From the NCBI GenBank assembly GCA_963786955.1, contig CAWBAT010000005.1:704001-768000 (forward strand): a stretch of 64,000 bases of DNA. The letters are read 5' to 3'. Below the pieces are notes generated by a model, which was not told where the DNA came from, ran no database searches, and saw only the letters and a list, made by a program, of their open reading frames with translations. Origin of the DNA: an uncultured Acidimicrobiia bacterium. Lineage in GTDB: Bacteria > Acidobacteriota > Terriglobia > Versatilivoradales > Versatilivoraceae. The translations under genes were made by a program, and so were the position numbers. This document shows positions 18,893 to 31,027 of the stretch, in pieces (the first letter of the stretch is position 1; every line of letters begins with the position of its first letter).

Positions 18893-19798
18893 TTGGTGGA
18901 AAACCAGCAAACTCTTGCTTCGCCCATAGCATTTTCGGGAGTTGGACTCCATACCGGCGCCACGGTCAACCTTAAAGTCCTTCCAGCTCCTCAGGACACC
19001 GGGATCGTTTTCAGACGGATTGATCTGGACGACTTTCAAATTGAAGCCACCATAGAGAATGTTGCCCATGTTTCCTATGCCACGACCTTGCTGAAACAAG
19101 GCGTCCTCATTTCCACGGTCGAGCACCTGTTATCGTCTCTTTACATTTTCGGGGTGGACAATGCCATCATCGAATTGGATAACTTGGAGGTCCCTATTTT
19201 AGATGGGAGCGCTCTGGAATTCGTGAGAGAGATCCGGAGGGTTGGGCTCAAACAACAAAAACGTCCCAAAACGTATCTCATTATCGAGAAACCGATTCAC
19301 CTCAAAGAAAGAGGCAAAACCATCTCTGTCTACCCGGCGAACAGCCTGCAGATCAGCTACTCAATCGACTTTGCGCATCCGATGATCGGAAAGCAGACTT
19401 TTGATTTCGAAGCGACTCCACAGAAGTTTGCAGCTGAAATTGCTCCCGCCCGAACTTTTGGTTTTTTGGATGAGGTGGAAGAATTGAGAAAAAATGGATT
19501 AGTCCGGGGAGGCTCGCTGGAAAATGCGATCGTACTCACCAAGACAGGAATCCTCAATGACATTCTTCGATTCAAAGATGAGTTTGTCCGACACAAGATT
19601 CTCGACAACATTGGAGACTTATCATTGATCGGGTGCCCCTTAGTGGGGCGCATCGTCGCTGAAAAAGCAGGTCACGCTTTGCATACAAAACTTGTATCGA
19701 GAATTCTGAGTAGCCCGAAGTTCCATCAGAAAGTTACCTACAGCCAACTTCGAGAAATCGAAAGGCAGCCTGCCTTTCAAGTGCAACTTGCAGAATAA
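18893..19798 (+). CDS. lpxC: UDP-3-O-acyl-N-acetylglucosamine deacetylase
   Basis: GVGLHTG, STVEHLLS, EVPILDGSA, ARTFGF, RHKILD, GHALH. Confidence 0.97.
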   Translation: MVENQQTLASPIAFSGVGLHTGATVNLKVLPAPQDTGIVFRRIDLDDFQIEATIENVAHVSYATTLLKQGVLISTVEHLLSSLYIFGVDNAIIELDNLEVPILDGSALEFVREIRRVGLKQQKRPKTYLIIEKPIHLKERGKTISVYPANSLQISYSIDFAHPMIGKQTFDFEATPQKFAAEIAPARTFGFLDEVEELRKNGLVRGGSLENAIVLTKTGILNDILRFKDEFVRHKILDNIGDLSLIGCPLVGRIVAEKAGHALHTKLVSRILSSPKFHQKVTYSQLREIERQPAFQVQLAE

Positions 19799-20063
19799 TC
19801 CACCCATTTGATATTGCTTTCATTTGCGGAGATAGTTCCAACACTCCGGTTTCCCTCTAAATAAAGAGAAGTGTTTGTAAAATCGATCTATTCCCCAAGG
19901 TTTCGCAAGACGTGCTTCCCTTCATGCAACGATTAGTAATTCCGCGTTCATTGCACTGAATAGCATTCCTGATAACGTGATCCTGCTTGCTTCCCTTTTG
20001 AAGCCTCTTCTATACTAAGTTTAAAGGATCTTGGGGTGATGGATCCTAAGGAGTCGATGCCAC

Positions 20064-21329
20064 ATGGAGCTAAACGAACCGCAGGTCGAAACGAATCCCT
20101 ATGAGGCAATGCTCAGCCGTTTTCGCGTCGCTGCAGAGAAGCTAAATCTTGACGAAGGAATTTATCAAATTCTCGTGACTCCGGACCGCGAGATCACGAT
20201 CGCCATCCCGATTCAAATGGATAATGGCAAACTGAGAGTATTTAAGGGTTATCGGGTTCAACACAGTTTTGCCAGAGGGCCAGCCAAGGGCGGCATACGC
20301 TATGCACCCGATGTTACCCTGGACGAGGTTCGGGCTCTGGCGGCTTGGATGACCTGGAAATGCGCCGTCGTAAAACTTCCGTTTGGTGGAGCCAAGGGCG
20401 GCATCATTTGCGACCCCAAGCAACTTTCCTCGAGTGAACTCGAAAGGATCACCCGACGCTACACGGCTTCGCTGATTGACATTTTAGGGCCGGAAAGAGA
20501 CGTTCCGGCACCGGACATCAACACCGATGAGCGCGTGATGGCCTGGATCATGGACACTTATTCCATGCATGTCCGCAAGACCGTAACCGGAGTGGTCACA
20601 GGAAAGCCGCTCGATTTAGGTGGGTCGGTGGGTCGGCGCGAGGCAACGGGTCGAGGCTGTAAGATTGTCTGCGATCGCGCCCTTTCTCGATTCGGCATGA
20701 AGAGGGAAATGACGCGGGTGATTGTTCAGGGATTTGGTAATGTCGGTTCCATGGCAGCCACTCTTCTTTACGCTGCCGGATACAACATCATCGGAGTCTC
20801 CGATGCGCAGGGTGCAATCATGAATAGCCTGGGAATCAACATTACCCGTTTATTGGCCCATTCCAAAGAAGCCAGGACAGTGGTGGGATTCCCTGACGCT
20901 GAACCGATCGATGGAAAGGAACTATTGGAGCAACCCTGCGATATTTTGCTCCCTGCCGCCACGGAAAATCAAATCACGAGCCACAACGCCGACCGGATTC
21001 AGGCCAAGATCATCTGTGAAGGGGCCAATGGTCCAACCACGGCCCAAGCTGACGATATCCTTTTTGACAAGAAGATTTTTATCATTCCGGATATCCTGGC
21101 TAACGCTGGAGGAGTCACGGTCTCATACTTTGAATGGGTCCAGGACCGGCAGGGATATTTCTGGAATCTAAAGACTGTCAACGAACGCCTTGAAGAGATT
21201 ATGGTCAACAGCTTTGACGAAGTAGTCGCCTACGCAGACCGCCATAATGTGAATATGCGGATTGCCGCCTATATGCTGGCAATCGATCGCGTCGCCTTTA
21301 CGATTCGAGAACGGGGGATCTATGCTTGA
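20064..21329 (+). CDS. gdhA: Glu/Leu/Phe/Val dehydrogenase (glutamate dehydrogenase)
   Basis: [44 protein letters not shown]. Confidence 0.92.
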   Translation: MELNEPQVETNPYEAMLSRFRVAAEKLNLDEGIYQILVTPDREITIAIPIQMDNGKLRVFKGYRVQHSFARGPAKGGIRYAPDVTLDEVRALAAWMTWKCAVVKLPFGGAKGGIICDPKQLSSSELERITRRYTASLIDILGPERDVPAPDINTDERVMAWIMDTYSMHVRKTVTGVVTGKPLDLGGSVGRREATGRGCKIVCDRALSRFGMKREMTRVIVQGFGNVGSMAATLLYAAGYNIIGVSDAQGAIMNSLGINITRLLAHSKEARTVVGFPDAEPIDGKELLEQPCDILLPAATENQITSHNADRIQAKIICEGANGPTTAQADDILFDKKIFIIPDILANAGGVTVSYFEWVQDRQGYFWNLKTVNERLEEIMVNSFDEVVAYADRHNVNMRIAAYMLAIDRVAFTIRERGIYA

Positions 21330-22599
21330 TCTTTCCTTCATTCGGCAAAACCTGGATCAGGTCCGTCAAAAAATGCAGGATCGTGGCATGCCCATGGCCC
21401 TCGATGAGTTTGAGGCTCTCGATCTCGAACGGCGCCGGTTGATCCAGGAGAGTGAATCCCTGAAACATCTGCGCAATAAGACCAATGATGAAATTACTTC
21501 TTTAAAGAAACAACAGCAGGATGCTTCGTCCAAAATAGCGGAGATGAGGGAGGTATCGGCAAAAATCAAATTGCTGGATGAAGCGTCCGGTACCTGCGAC
21601 GACAAGTTGCGCGCACTGCAACTGGTCATCCCAAACATTCCACATCCTACAGTTCCTATAGGAATGGAAGCCTCGGCCAATTTCGAAGTCCGCCTCGTGG
21701 GCAAGAAAACAACCTTCCCTTTTGAGCCTAAACCTCATTGGGAGCTGGGGCCTGCTCTGGGAATCCTCGATTTCGATCGTGCCGCTAAAATTGCCGGAGC
21801 ACGATTCAGCCTGTACACAGGCCTAGGTGCTCGAATGGAAAGAGCGCTGATTAATTTTATGCTAGATCTCCATACCAAGGAACATCATTACACGGAGGTG
21901 CTCCCACCCTTGATGGTGAATTCCTCCAGCATGCAAGGCACCGGTCAACTCCCAAAATTTGCGGGAGATCTTTTTAAGGTCGAGGGCACCGATTACTGGC
22001 TCATCCCGACGGCTGAGGTCCCTGTGACCAACATCTATGCAGGTGAAATCATCGATGGCGCGCGTCTCCCTATTTACATGACCGCTTATACACCTTGCTT
22101 CCGCAGCGAGGCGGGATCTTACGGGAAAGACACGCGAGGGTTAATCCGCCAGCATCAGTTTAATAAAGTCGAATTAGTCAAGTTGACCAGACCGGAGACT
22201 TCTTATGAGGAATTAGAGAAGCTCACCCATAATGCCGAAGAAGTACTCAAACGACTCGACTTGCCCTATCGCGTCGTCTCACTTTGTAGCGGAGATCTCG
22301 GTTTCTCTTCCGCAAAGACGTATGATCTTGAGGTCTGGCTTCCCGGACAAAATGCCTATCGTGAAATCTCTTCCTGCAGTAACTTTGAAAGCTTTCAGGC
22401 CCGCCGAGCGAATATCCGGTATCGCCCGGATTCTAAATCCAAGGTCGATTTTGTCCACACCCTTAATGGTTCAGGGCTGGCGGTTGGACGGACCTGGGTT
22501 GCGATCCTCGAGAATTACCAGCAAGCCGATGGCAGCATCGAGATCCCTCGGGCTCTCCGCCCTTATATGGACGGGGTCGAGAAAATTACCCAACAATAA
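21322..22599 (+). CDS. serS: Serine--tRNA ligase
   Basis: MLDL start, [56 protein letters not shown]. Confidence 0.98.
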   Translation: MLDLSFIRQNLDQVRQKMQDRGMPMALDEFEALDLERRRLIQESESLKHLRNKTNDEITSLKKQQQDASSKIAEMREVSAKIKLLDEASGTCDDKLRALQLVIPNIPHPTVPIGMEASANFEVRLVGKKTTFPFEPKPHWELGPALGILDFDRAAKIAGARFSLYTGLGARMERALINFMLDLHTKEHHYTEVLPPLMVNSSSMQGTGQLPKFAGDLFKVEGTDYWLIPTAEVPVTNIYAGEIIDGARLPIYMTAYTPCFRSEAGSYGKDTRGLIRQHQFNKVELVKLTRPETSYEELEKLTHNAEEVLKRLDLPYRVVSLCSGDLGFSSAKTYDLEVWLPGQNAYREISSCSNFESFQARRANIRYRPDSKSKVDFVHTLNGSGLAVGRTWVAILENYQQADGSIEIPRALRPYMDGVEKITQQ

Positions 22600-22618
22600 A
22601 ACCCTGGCTGGAAGATTA

Positions 22619-22762
22619 ACCACGGGGGACACGGGGAGTTACGACCAATTTGATATTGCCTATTTTCGATTTGTTATTTGCTATTGGACGAAGGAACCCT
22701 CCTGGACTCAATAGCAAATAGTCGGTAGCCAATAACAAATAGCTTATCATTATCCCCGTGGT
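22619..22762. repeat. Nested inverted-repeat element between convergent genes
   Basis: ACCACGGGG/CCCCGTGGT ends; internal TATTTGCTATTG/CAATAGCAAATA and ATTTGTTATT/AATAACAAAT. Confidence 0.65.
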
Positions 22763-22795
22763 ATAAATCGGCTTGCGGCTTTCCAGAAGCTATTC

Positions 22796-23307
22796 CTACT
22801 TCACGATCAGCAGGCTCTCCCCTGCATTCACTGGTTGATTCTCCTCGACCAGGATTTTCTCCACCACGCCCTGATTTCGGAGCCTTCAGTTCATTTTGCA
22901 TCTTCATGGCTTCGACAACAACCACTCCCTGCCCTTCCTGAACTGCTGTGCCTACCTGAACCAAAAGCTTCACCACCTTCCCCGGCATCGGAGTAGAAAC
23001 GGACATGGGTCCGGCAGAGTCTTCTGCGGAACCTGAACCCTTTCGAAGTCTTTTCGGGTCGCGGAGAACCACTTCAAACGGCTTGCCATTAACCAGAACC
23101 TGGCAAGTGTCGTTGAGCATCATGGACCAAGATGTCAAAGGATTGCCCATCGATGAGCAGAGAATAACAATGATTCGAATAACAGATGGGGTCCAGGCTA
23201 ATTTGCCGATCACCGATAAAGACAATGCTGGAATTCCCATTCCACTCAAATCGGAGCATTTCGGTGTTCTTGGAAATGACCACCTCAAAGGAAAATTTCT
23301 TCTTCAC
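22796..23307 (-). CDS. Biotin carboxyl carrier subunit (frameshifted)
   Basis: PMPGKVVK, VEAMKMQNELKAP biotinylation motif. Confidence 0.9.
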
Positions 23308-24809
23308 GATCTCTTTCTCATAGCCTCTAACCTCCCCGATAGCTTCCAGGGACTTTCTGGATCACCCCCAGGAGGGGTGGCCTCATTCCCTATAATTCCT
23401 TTGTGAAGCGAGGCACCGATGGCCGCGATTTCCTGTAGGGGGCCAGGCTGACTCACATGAATCGGGTAGGGTTGGAAGTAACGCCCAATGAAATCGGTGC
23501 TCAATTCACCCGTAATAAATTTCTCGTGAGTCAGGATAGACTCCAAGAAATGAAGATTGGTTTTTATCCCTAAGACTTGATATTCCCGCAGTGCTCTGCG
23601 CATCCGCGCAATGGCTTCGTTGCGATCATTCCCAAAAGTAATCAGTTTGGATAGCAAGGGATCATAGTAAACAGGGACTGTCCATCCTTCGTATATCCCG
23701 CTGTCGTCTCTAACCCCCGGGCCTGCGGGGGTTCGTAGAAAGCTGATCCTTCCAGGAGAAGGGAAAAACTGATTCTCCGGGTCCTCTGCACAAATACGGC
23801 ACTCCAGCGCCGCGCCGCGCCAGCGGACATCCTCTTGACGCAGCTCAAGCCGATCTCCCCATGCCATCTTAAACTGTTCTTTGACTAAATCGATCCCCGC
23901 CACCAGCTCGGTAACCGGGTGCTCTACTTGCAATCGAGTATTCATCTCCAGAAAGTAAAACTTCCGCTGCGCATCCACTAAAAACTCGATCGTGCCGGCG
24001 TTTTCGTATCCACAGGAATGCGCTATCCTGACCGCTGCCTCCCCCATCTGCTGGCGTAATTCATTGGTCATGAGTGGAGAGGGACATTCTTCAATGACCT
24101 TCTGATGCCGCCTTTGGATGGAGCATTCCCTTTCGCCCAGATGAATCACGTTTCCAAAACGATCTGCGAGTATTTGGAATTCAATGTGTCGGGGGCGCTC
24201 GAGATATTTTTCGATATACACAGCCGAATCGCCGAAAGCTGCCAGTGCTTCCGACTGTGCGTCACGCCATGCCGAAGCTAGGTCTTGAAGGCCTTCGACC
24301 AATCTCATCCCCTTTCCTCCGCCGCCAGCCGCCGCCTTGATCAATATTGGAAATCCAATACGGACTGCTGCTGCTTGGGCTTCCTGAACATCCCGGACCG
24401 GTTTTTCTGTTCCCGGGACAACGGGCACACCCACTCCGACCGCTGTTTTGCGGGCAGCTATTTTTTCTCCCATCATCTCCATCGAACGAGCACTGGGGCC
24501 GACAAAACAAATTCCCGCTTCATGACAACGTCGGGCAAATTCCGCATTCTCAGCCAAGAATCCATAACCGGGATGAATGGCATCCACTCCAGCAGAGCCG
24601 GCAATCCGGAGAATCTTATCCATCGCGAGATAACTCTCGCGAGATGGCGAGGGACCCAAAAGATAAGCTTCGTCGGCCATTCGCACATGGAGCGCTGCCC
24701 GGTCACATTCTGAATAGACCGCCACTGTGGATAAACCCAGCTCACGCGCCGCACGAATCACACGGACAGCGATTTCACCTCGATTGGCAATCAGGACTTT
24801 TCGAAACAT
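23304..24809 (-). CDS. accC: Biotin carboxylase subunit of an acyl-CoA carboxylase
   Basis: ANRGEIA, HPGYGFLAEN, GGGGKGMR, ERECSIQRRHQK, EMNTRLQVEHPVTE. Confidence 0.95.
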   Translation of the reverse strand: MFRKVLIANRGEIAVRVIRAARELGLSTVAVYSECDRAALHVRMADEAYLLGPSPSRESYLAMDKILRIAGSAGVDAIHPGYGFLAENAEFARRCHEAGICFVGPSARSMEMMGEKIAARKTAVGVGVPVVPGTEKPVRDVQEAQAAAVRIGFPILIKAAAGGGGKGMRLVEGLQDLASAWRDAQSEALAAFGDSAVYIEKYLERPRHIEFQILADRFGNVIHLGERECSIQRRHQKVIEECPSPLMTNELRQQMGEAAVRIAHSCGYENAGTIEFLVDAQRKFYFLEMNTRLQVEHPVTELVAGIDLVKEQFKMAWGDRLELRQEDVRWRGAALECRICAEDPENQFFPSPGRISFLRTPAGPGVRDDSGIYEGWTVPVYYDPLLSKLITFGNDRNEAIARMRRALREYQVLGIKTNLHFLESILTHEKFITGELSTDFIGRYFQPYPIHVSQPGPLQEIAAIGASLHKGIIGNEATPPGGDPESPWKLSGRLEAMRKRS

Positions 24810-24833
24810 GTTCAGAGATTGTGAATGAACTGC

Positions 24834-25826
24834 TCAATCACCCTTTTGAGAGAATCCGCTACCGGGTAAGTTTTTCAGGAACTCGCTCTCCAGTTGGGCA
24901 ACTCGCAGATTGGTGTTGTCCAGACTGAGAAAAAATTTCATATAAGCCACATCATACTGTGGAAATGAATTTTTCAGATAAATGTGGTCCGCGTAAAACG
25001 CGGCGTTTTCATAAACCACAGCGTCGCGGAAATCAGGCTTTGAGCCGGTCTGGGCATCCACAAGATTGTCTGTTAAGCGATGGGTTGTCTCATGCAAGAC
25101 GACGAAGAAAGACTGCTCAACCTGTGATGAGTTTTCGGGAAGTGGGGCCACGATGTTAAAAAGGACGCGCTGCTCCTGATTGATAGGCACTCCTCTTCCA
25201 TTTCGCCTGATCACGGGACAAAGATAGATATTAAACACATTGACATCCGATTTTTGAGCCCAAGGATAGATCATTTTCAAGCCATCGGCTTTCCAGAATT
25301 TCAAAAATCTTTCGTACCCCTGTTGATCGAGTTCCGTTCGGACCTCCCGATAATTTTTATAGAATTGGGTCCGTTCATCATCCATACATTCTGCAAATTG
25401 CTTGAGAAATTGGCGTTCGGCAGGGACTGGAAATCGATTTTTCAACAACGGGATAAGTCGGCGACTATTTCCAAAAAGAATAGGCGTGTTACCGCTCTTG
25501 GCTTTCCGTTCTTCGGGAGACTCACGGATATCCTCGTCGGTCTGAGATCGGAAGTTAAAGTCAATGGAGGAAAGTGCTTGTTTGAGGGAGGCGTAGTCAT
25601 CCGCCATGAATGGCGCTAGATTGAGAAAACGCAAGCTAGGCATCTCCCGATACATTTTTCCCAATTGCGGGGAAAACTGATCAAGCTTGGATTCAGGGGT
25701 CTCAAGATTTTGCTTTGCTTTGTTGATCTGTTGAATATAGTCGGAGGAGAAAAGATTGGATGGGTCTCCCGGAACTGAGAAATAAGCCAGCGTATGATAG
25801 ACAATATCGATGTCCGGGTTCATCAA
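24834..25826 (-). CDS. Hypothetical protein with an HExxH...E motif (putative zinc metallopeptidase); ends uncertain
   Basis: 330-aa ORF; VLHETTH followed ~24 aa later by ENAA. Confidence 0.6.
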   Translation of the reverse strand: MMNPDIDIVYHTLAYFSVPGDPSNLFSSDYIQQINKAKQNLETPESKLDQFSPQLGKMYREMPSLRFLNLAPFMADDYASLKQALSSIDFNFRSQTDEDIRESPEERKAKSGNTPILFGNSRRLIPLLKNRFPVPAERQFLKQFAECMDDERTQFYKNYREVRTELDQQGYERFLKFWKADGLKMIYPWAQKSDVNVFNIYLCPVIRRNGRGVPINQEQRVLFNIVAPLPENSSQVEQSFFVVLHETTHRLTDNLVDAQTGSKPDFRDAVVYENAAFYADHIYLKNSFPQYDVAYMKFFLSLDNTNLRVAQLESEFLKNLPGSGFSQKGD

Positions 25827-26325
25827 AATCTGAATGTCACGCGGGTCAAAAGCCCGGGTAGAGGACTGATCAAAGAAAAGTGTTGCCGCTAAAGAATCGA
25901 GGCCGCAGACTCAAAAGGGAGGTTCTTTCGGGACTTTCCAACGGAGAGTCTACACTGGTAAAGCAACCAGCCTTCGATTCGGCAAGACACTCGGTCATGA
26001 TCGCACGGCGAGAATGCCAGCCGGGTAAGCGCAAGTGGGCCACCTCGGTAAGCGGAAAGGTCCGTGAAGTCATTTGCAGACTGTGTGTTCTATGCGCACG
26101 CAAAATCAGAATAGATGACCTCATTTCACAACTTTGCTTGAGACACGCAAGTGAAAGTGAGGACCAGGCAGGGAAAACAATCCGAGATCCGGTCAGTTCA
26201 GGCATCCAAATACCGGAGGCCATGAGAAGTCGGAGCACAAGAAAGGATCTACAAGTACTCGATCTGCCTACTGAGAACCGCAAGTATACGTCGATGAATA
26301 GCCATCTGACTCGGGACCTTTCCGA

Positions 26326-27904
26326 CTACAGTGGAATGTTTCCATGCTTTTTACGGGGGGTATGATCGCGCTTGTTATCCAGCATTTGTAACGCAGTAAT
26401 CAATTTCTTCCGAGTCTCACGCGGCATAATCACCTCATCGACGTACCCTCTTTCCGCAGCCAGGTAGGGATTCGCAAAGCGTTCCCGGAAATCCTGTACC
26501 CGCCGCTGCTTTTCCTCTTCTGGATTCTCGGCAGAAGCCAGTTCCTTGCGATAGACAATGCTGACAGCCCCTTCCGGTCCCATCACGGCAATTTCAGCTG
26601 TCGGGTAGGCATAATTGATGTCGGTACGAATTTGTTTGGAGGCCATGACGCAATAAGCGCCTCCATAGGATTTCCGCGTGATCAGCGTAATTTTCGGCAC
26701 CGTGGCCTCTGCATAAGCGTAGAGCAGCTTTGCTCCATGCCGGATAATCCCTCCAAATTCTTGGGCAGTCCCGGGCAGAAATCCGGGTACATCTTCAAAA
26801 GTAATGAGGGGAATATTGAAGGCATCGCAAAAACGAACGAATCGGGCACCTTTTACGGACGCGTCAATGTCCAGACACCCTGCCAGAAAGGCTGGCTGGT
26901 TTGCAACGATACCCACGGGCCTCCCGGCGAGCCTGGCAAAACCAATGACGATGTTTTGAGCAAAGTGAGATTGAATTTCAAGAAATTCATGATCGTCCGT
27001 GACTACCGAGATAATTTCTTTAATGTCATAGGGTTTATGAGCCTCCGGTGGAATCAGGTGATCCAGTTCCGGGTTCAGACGATCAACAGGATCCCGAGAT
27101 TCCCGCCGTGGAGGTGACTCGAGATTATTCGAAGGGAGATAGGATAACAATTCGCGGATGAGACTCAGGCACTCCCGGTCATCATTCGCGGCAAAATGAG
27201 CGACCCCACTCTGCCGATTGTGGGTCATGGCGCCACCCAACTCTTCTTTACTCACCTCTTCATGGGTCACCGTTTTGAGGACATCAGGCCCCGTTATGAA
27301 CATGTAGCTACTCTTCTTCACCATGACGATGAAGTCAGTGATCGCAGGGAGAGTAAACGGCCCCTCCGGCACAAGGCCCCATAATTGCGGAGATCTGGGG
27401 AATGACTCCGGAAGCCAGTGTGTTTTGCAGAAAAATATCGGCATAACCAGCCAGTGAGACAACGCCCTCTTGAATGCGAGCGCCGCCCGAATCATTAAGC
27501 CCGATGACCGGGGCCCCCAGCTTCAAAGCCAGCTCCATCACCTTGCAGATCTTGGCGGCGTTAGTTTCCGATAAGGAGCCTCCAAAGACCGTAAAATCCT
27601 GGGCAAATATGGTTACCAGACGGCCCTCGATTCTTCCATAGCCCGAGATCACACCGTCTCCCAAGACCTTCTGATCTTCCATCCCAAAGTCCTGGCATCG
27701 ATGAGTCACGAACTTGTCTAGCTCCTGAAAAGAATCTTCATCGAGCAAGAATTCAATGCGTTCTCGTGCAGTCATTTTTCCGGCCGCGCGTTGTCGCTGT
27801 AAACGTTCTTTTCCACCACCTGCCTCGGCTTCCTGGTTCAGCCGGTCTAAGCGTTCCAATACCAGATCTTCTTTTTGCCGCAGGCTTTCATCTTCTGAAT
27901 TCAT
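26326..27904 (-). CDS. pccB: Acyl-CoA carboxylase carboxyltransferase (beta) subunit; frameshift ~27350
   Basis: [54 protein letters not shown]. Confidence 0.92.
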
Positions 27905-27927
27905 CGCCGCCCCTTTTTCCAAAGAAT

Positions 27928-29029
27928 TCACTCTACCTTTTCGCTCACTTCCTCAGAAGAATCACTGGCATTCCCCTTTTGGTCTATAGCTTTAATCCTA
28001 TAAAGGTAGGTCTGGCTTTTGACAACCGATGAATCAATCCATGATGCCGTTGTCACCAGCGAATCAGAGATCTTTTCAAACTTCTTTTCTGGCCCACTGC
28101 GGTAAACGACATAGCCAGCCAGATCCGGCTCCATATTCGGTGCCCAAACGAGGCTGATAGCTTCTCCATTGCTGATCGCCGCAATTTCCAGCGGGTGGCC
28201 TGGGTGGATAGACATCCTTATTCATGACCTCGACCGAATCGGAATCCAGAGACTCAATTCCGCCGACAGAGGGAGGAAGCTACCGCCCGTACCCGGTAAA
28301 AATAAGTTTTCCCGAATTCCATGGTCTCGTCTTTGAATGAGACTCCAGCCACGGGAGTGGAGTTCAGGCGCTGACCAGGTGAGAGCTTGTGGGTCCTCAC
28401 TGCGAAAGACATTGAACTGGACTCCCGCATCCGATGGGAGACCCATCGAGATTGGTCGAAGGAATCTCCCACAGGATTTCGACATACTTTTCATATTGGA
28501 GGCTTCTGAGATTCTGTGGCGGTTTCGGTGCTGGAAAAAGTTTGGTCAAAGTAATATTGGAAAATCCCGCATCTTGCCCTTTCTTGTTGAACGCCTTCAA
28601 AGCGTAAGCCAGAGTCGTTTGGGGAAACGTGGCCATTGGGATTCCAGCCAATGGATCGATGAGCGTGAGCTTGTCGCCGGGTTTATAGGCCTCGAGTTCG
28701 GATCCTCGCAGGACTCTCCAAGGCTGAACGGACTCCGGAAAAACCAGTTTACCTGAGCTGGATCGAGAAATCCCCTCCAAGGGAAGCCGATAGATTTCCA
28801 TACCGGTCAAGACCGGTGTCGTTGAGCCATCGGTATTAGTTTCTGGAAGTTTCCAACTCAGCTTAATGGTATTGCCGACTTGTAACGCCTGAAGGTCCGA
28901 CACCGGTTTGGGAATCTGGACTAAAGGCGGGAGAGGGTCTCCGACATTACCACAACCAGTCAATAGAAGTAGCAAGAGAAACAGTCCGGGCAGGGCGAAA
29001 TGTCGGCAGAGGAGATAATCCGGTTTCAC
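27928..29029 (-). CDS. Fibronectin type III-domain lipoprotein (several frameshifts)
   Basis: Lipobox [14 protein letters not shown]; FN3-like [27 protein letters not shown]. Confidence 0.75.
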
Positions 29030-30425
29030 AGGATGTAGCGGCTGAGGTCCTGGTCTTTGACAATTTCGGCAAGCATTTTTTGAACGTAGGCCGCATCAAT
29101 GGTCACATTTTTTTCTTTCAAATCAGGTCCTTCAAAAGAAATCTCTTCCAAGAGCTTTTCCATGATTGTATGGAGTCTTCGTGCGCCAATGTTTTCTGTA
29201 CTCTCGTTTACGAGTGCCGCGTATTTTGCGATTTCCATGATCGCATCGTCCGTAAACGCCATGGTGATTTCGTCCGCCGCCAGAAGTTCGATATATTGTT
29301 TAATCAGCGCATTCTTCGGTTCCTTAAGAATGCGCACAAAGTCATCGATCGTCAAGGATTCCAGCTCGACACGAATGGGGAAGCGCCCCTGCAGTTCGGG
29401 TATGAGGTCAGAAGGTTTACTCACGTGAAATGCCCCGGCAGCGATAAACAGGATGTGGTCGGTGCGAACCATCCCATAGCGGGTATTGACGGTTGTTCCC
29501 TCCACAATCGGCAGAATATCCCTCTGCACGCCCTCGCGACTGACATCCGGACCATGGCCGGACTCACGACCCGCAATTTTGTCGATTTCATCCAGGAAGA
29601 TGATTCCACTTTGTTCGACGCGATCCACGGCAACCCGGGTCACCTGATCCATATCGATGAGTTTCTGCTCTTCTTCCTGGACGAGATATTCAATGGCTTC
29701 AGAAACTTTCATTTTCCGCTTCTTGGTCTTCTGACCGAACAAGCCCGGCAGGATGTCTTTGACATTGATGTCCATTTCTTCAATGCCGGCATTGGAGATG
29801 ATCTCAAAGCTTGGAATGTTGCGTTCGCGCACTTCAATTTCAACCGACCGATCATCCAGTTTGCCTTCCCGCAGTTGCGCACGCAATTTCTCTCGGGTTT
29901 TTTGGAAAGTTTCCAGGGCTTTTTCTCCCTCCTCATTGGGGTCAGAGCCCTTCGGAACCGTGGGTAATGGGGGAAGCAGCAGATCCAACATCCTCTCCTC
30001 GGTATTCTGCTCTGCCTTTTCCGCGACATCTTCTAGTTTTTCCTCACGAACCATATCGATGGCAATTTCAATCAGGTCGCGAATCATGGATTCAACGTCT
30101 CGGCCCACATAACCGACTTCGGTAAACTTGGAGGCTTCCACTTTCAGAAAGGGCTGTTCGAAAGCTTGGAGAGACGGCGAGCAATTTCTGTTTTCCCGAC
30201 GCCAGTGGGTCCAATCATGATGATGTTCTTTGGCATCACTTCTTCCGCCATCTCATTGGAGAGCTTCTGGCGACGGATCCGGTTTCTGAGGGCCACAGCG
30301 ACTGCTCGCTTGGCAGCTTTTTGACCGACGACATGCTTGTCTAGCTCGGCCACGATCTGACGTGGTGTTAATTCATCCAAAGCAGTGTCCTCCTCTTCTG
30401 AGGCGCCCGGCAGGTATATGACCAT
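29026..30425 (-). CDS. hslU: ATP-dependent protease ATPase subunit (frameshift ~30145)
   Basis: [49 protein letters not shown]. Confidence 0.97.
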
Positions 30426-30475
30426 AGTTGTCTTTGAAATCTTCTCTCAGAAGCTGATGATTCAAGGCCGAATCT

Positions 30476-31003
30476 TTAAAGCTCCTCGACGGTAATGGAG
30501 AGATTCGTATAAATACAAATCTCGCCGGCAATAGTCATAGCCTCCGTAGCAATCTCTTTGGCAGAGAGATTCGAATGCTTTAACAAGGCTTTGGCCGCAG
30601 CCGCGGCGTAGGGACCACCGGAACCAACCGCCGCAATCCCATCGTCCGGCTCAATGAGATCCCCATTCCCGCTGAGCAGTAATGTTGTATCTTTGTCGGC
30701 AACGATGAGCAGGGCTTGCAAATGGCGTAGGGCTCTGTCTGTCCTCCAGTCCTTGGCAAGCTCCACGGCCGCCCGCGAAAGATTCCCCCGATATTCTTCC
30801 AGCTTGCCTTCGAATCGGGTAAAAAGCGCAAAAGCATCGGCGGTGGACCCGGCAAAACCCGCCAGAACTTGGCCGTTGTAGAGCCGCCGTGTCTTCCTGG
30901 CAGTCTGCTTGATTACAGTTTCCCCCAGTGTCACCTGCCCGTCGGCTGCCATGGTTACCTTCCCATCCTTACGAATACAAACGACCGTCGTGCTCTTGAT
31001 CAT
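30476..31003 (-). CDS. hslV: ATP-dependent protease peptidase subunit
   Basis: [31 protein letters not shown]. Confidence 0.97.
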   Translation of the reverse strand: MIKSTTVVCIRKDGKVTMAADGQVTLGETVIKQTARKTRRLYNGQVLAGFAGSTADAFALFTRFEGKLEEYRGNLSRAAVELAKDWRTDRALRHLQALLIVADKDTTLLLSGNGDLIEPDDGIAAVGSGGPYAAAAAKALLKHSNLSAKEIATEAMTIAGEICIYTNLSITVEEL

Positions 31004-31027
31004 CAGATCTCCATCCTGGGAGTGAAG

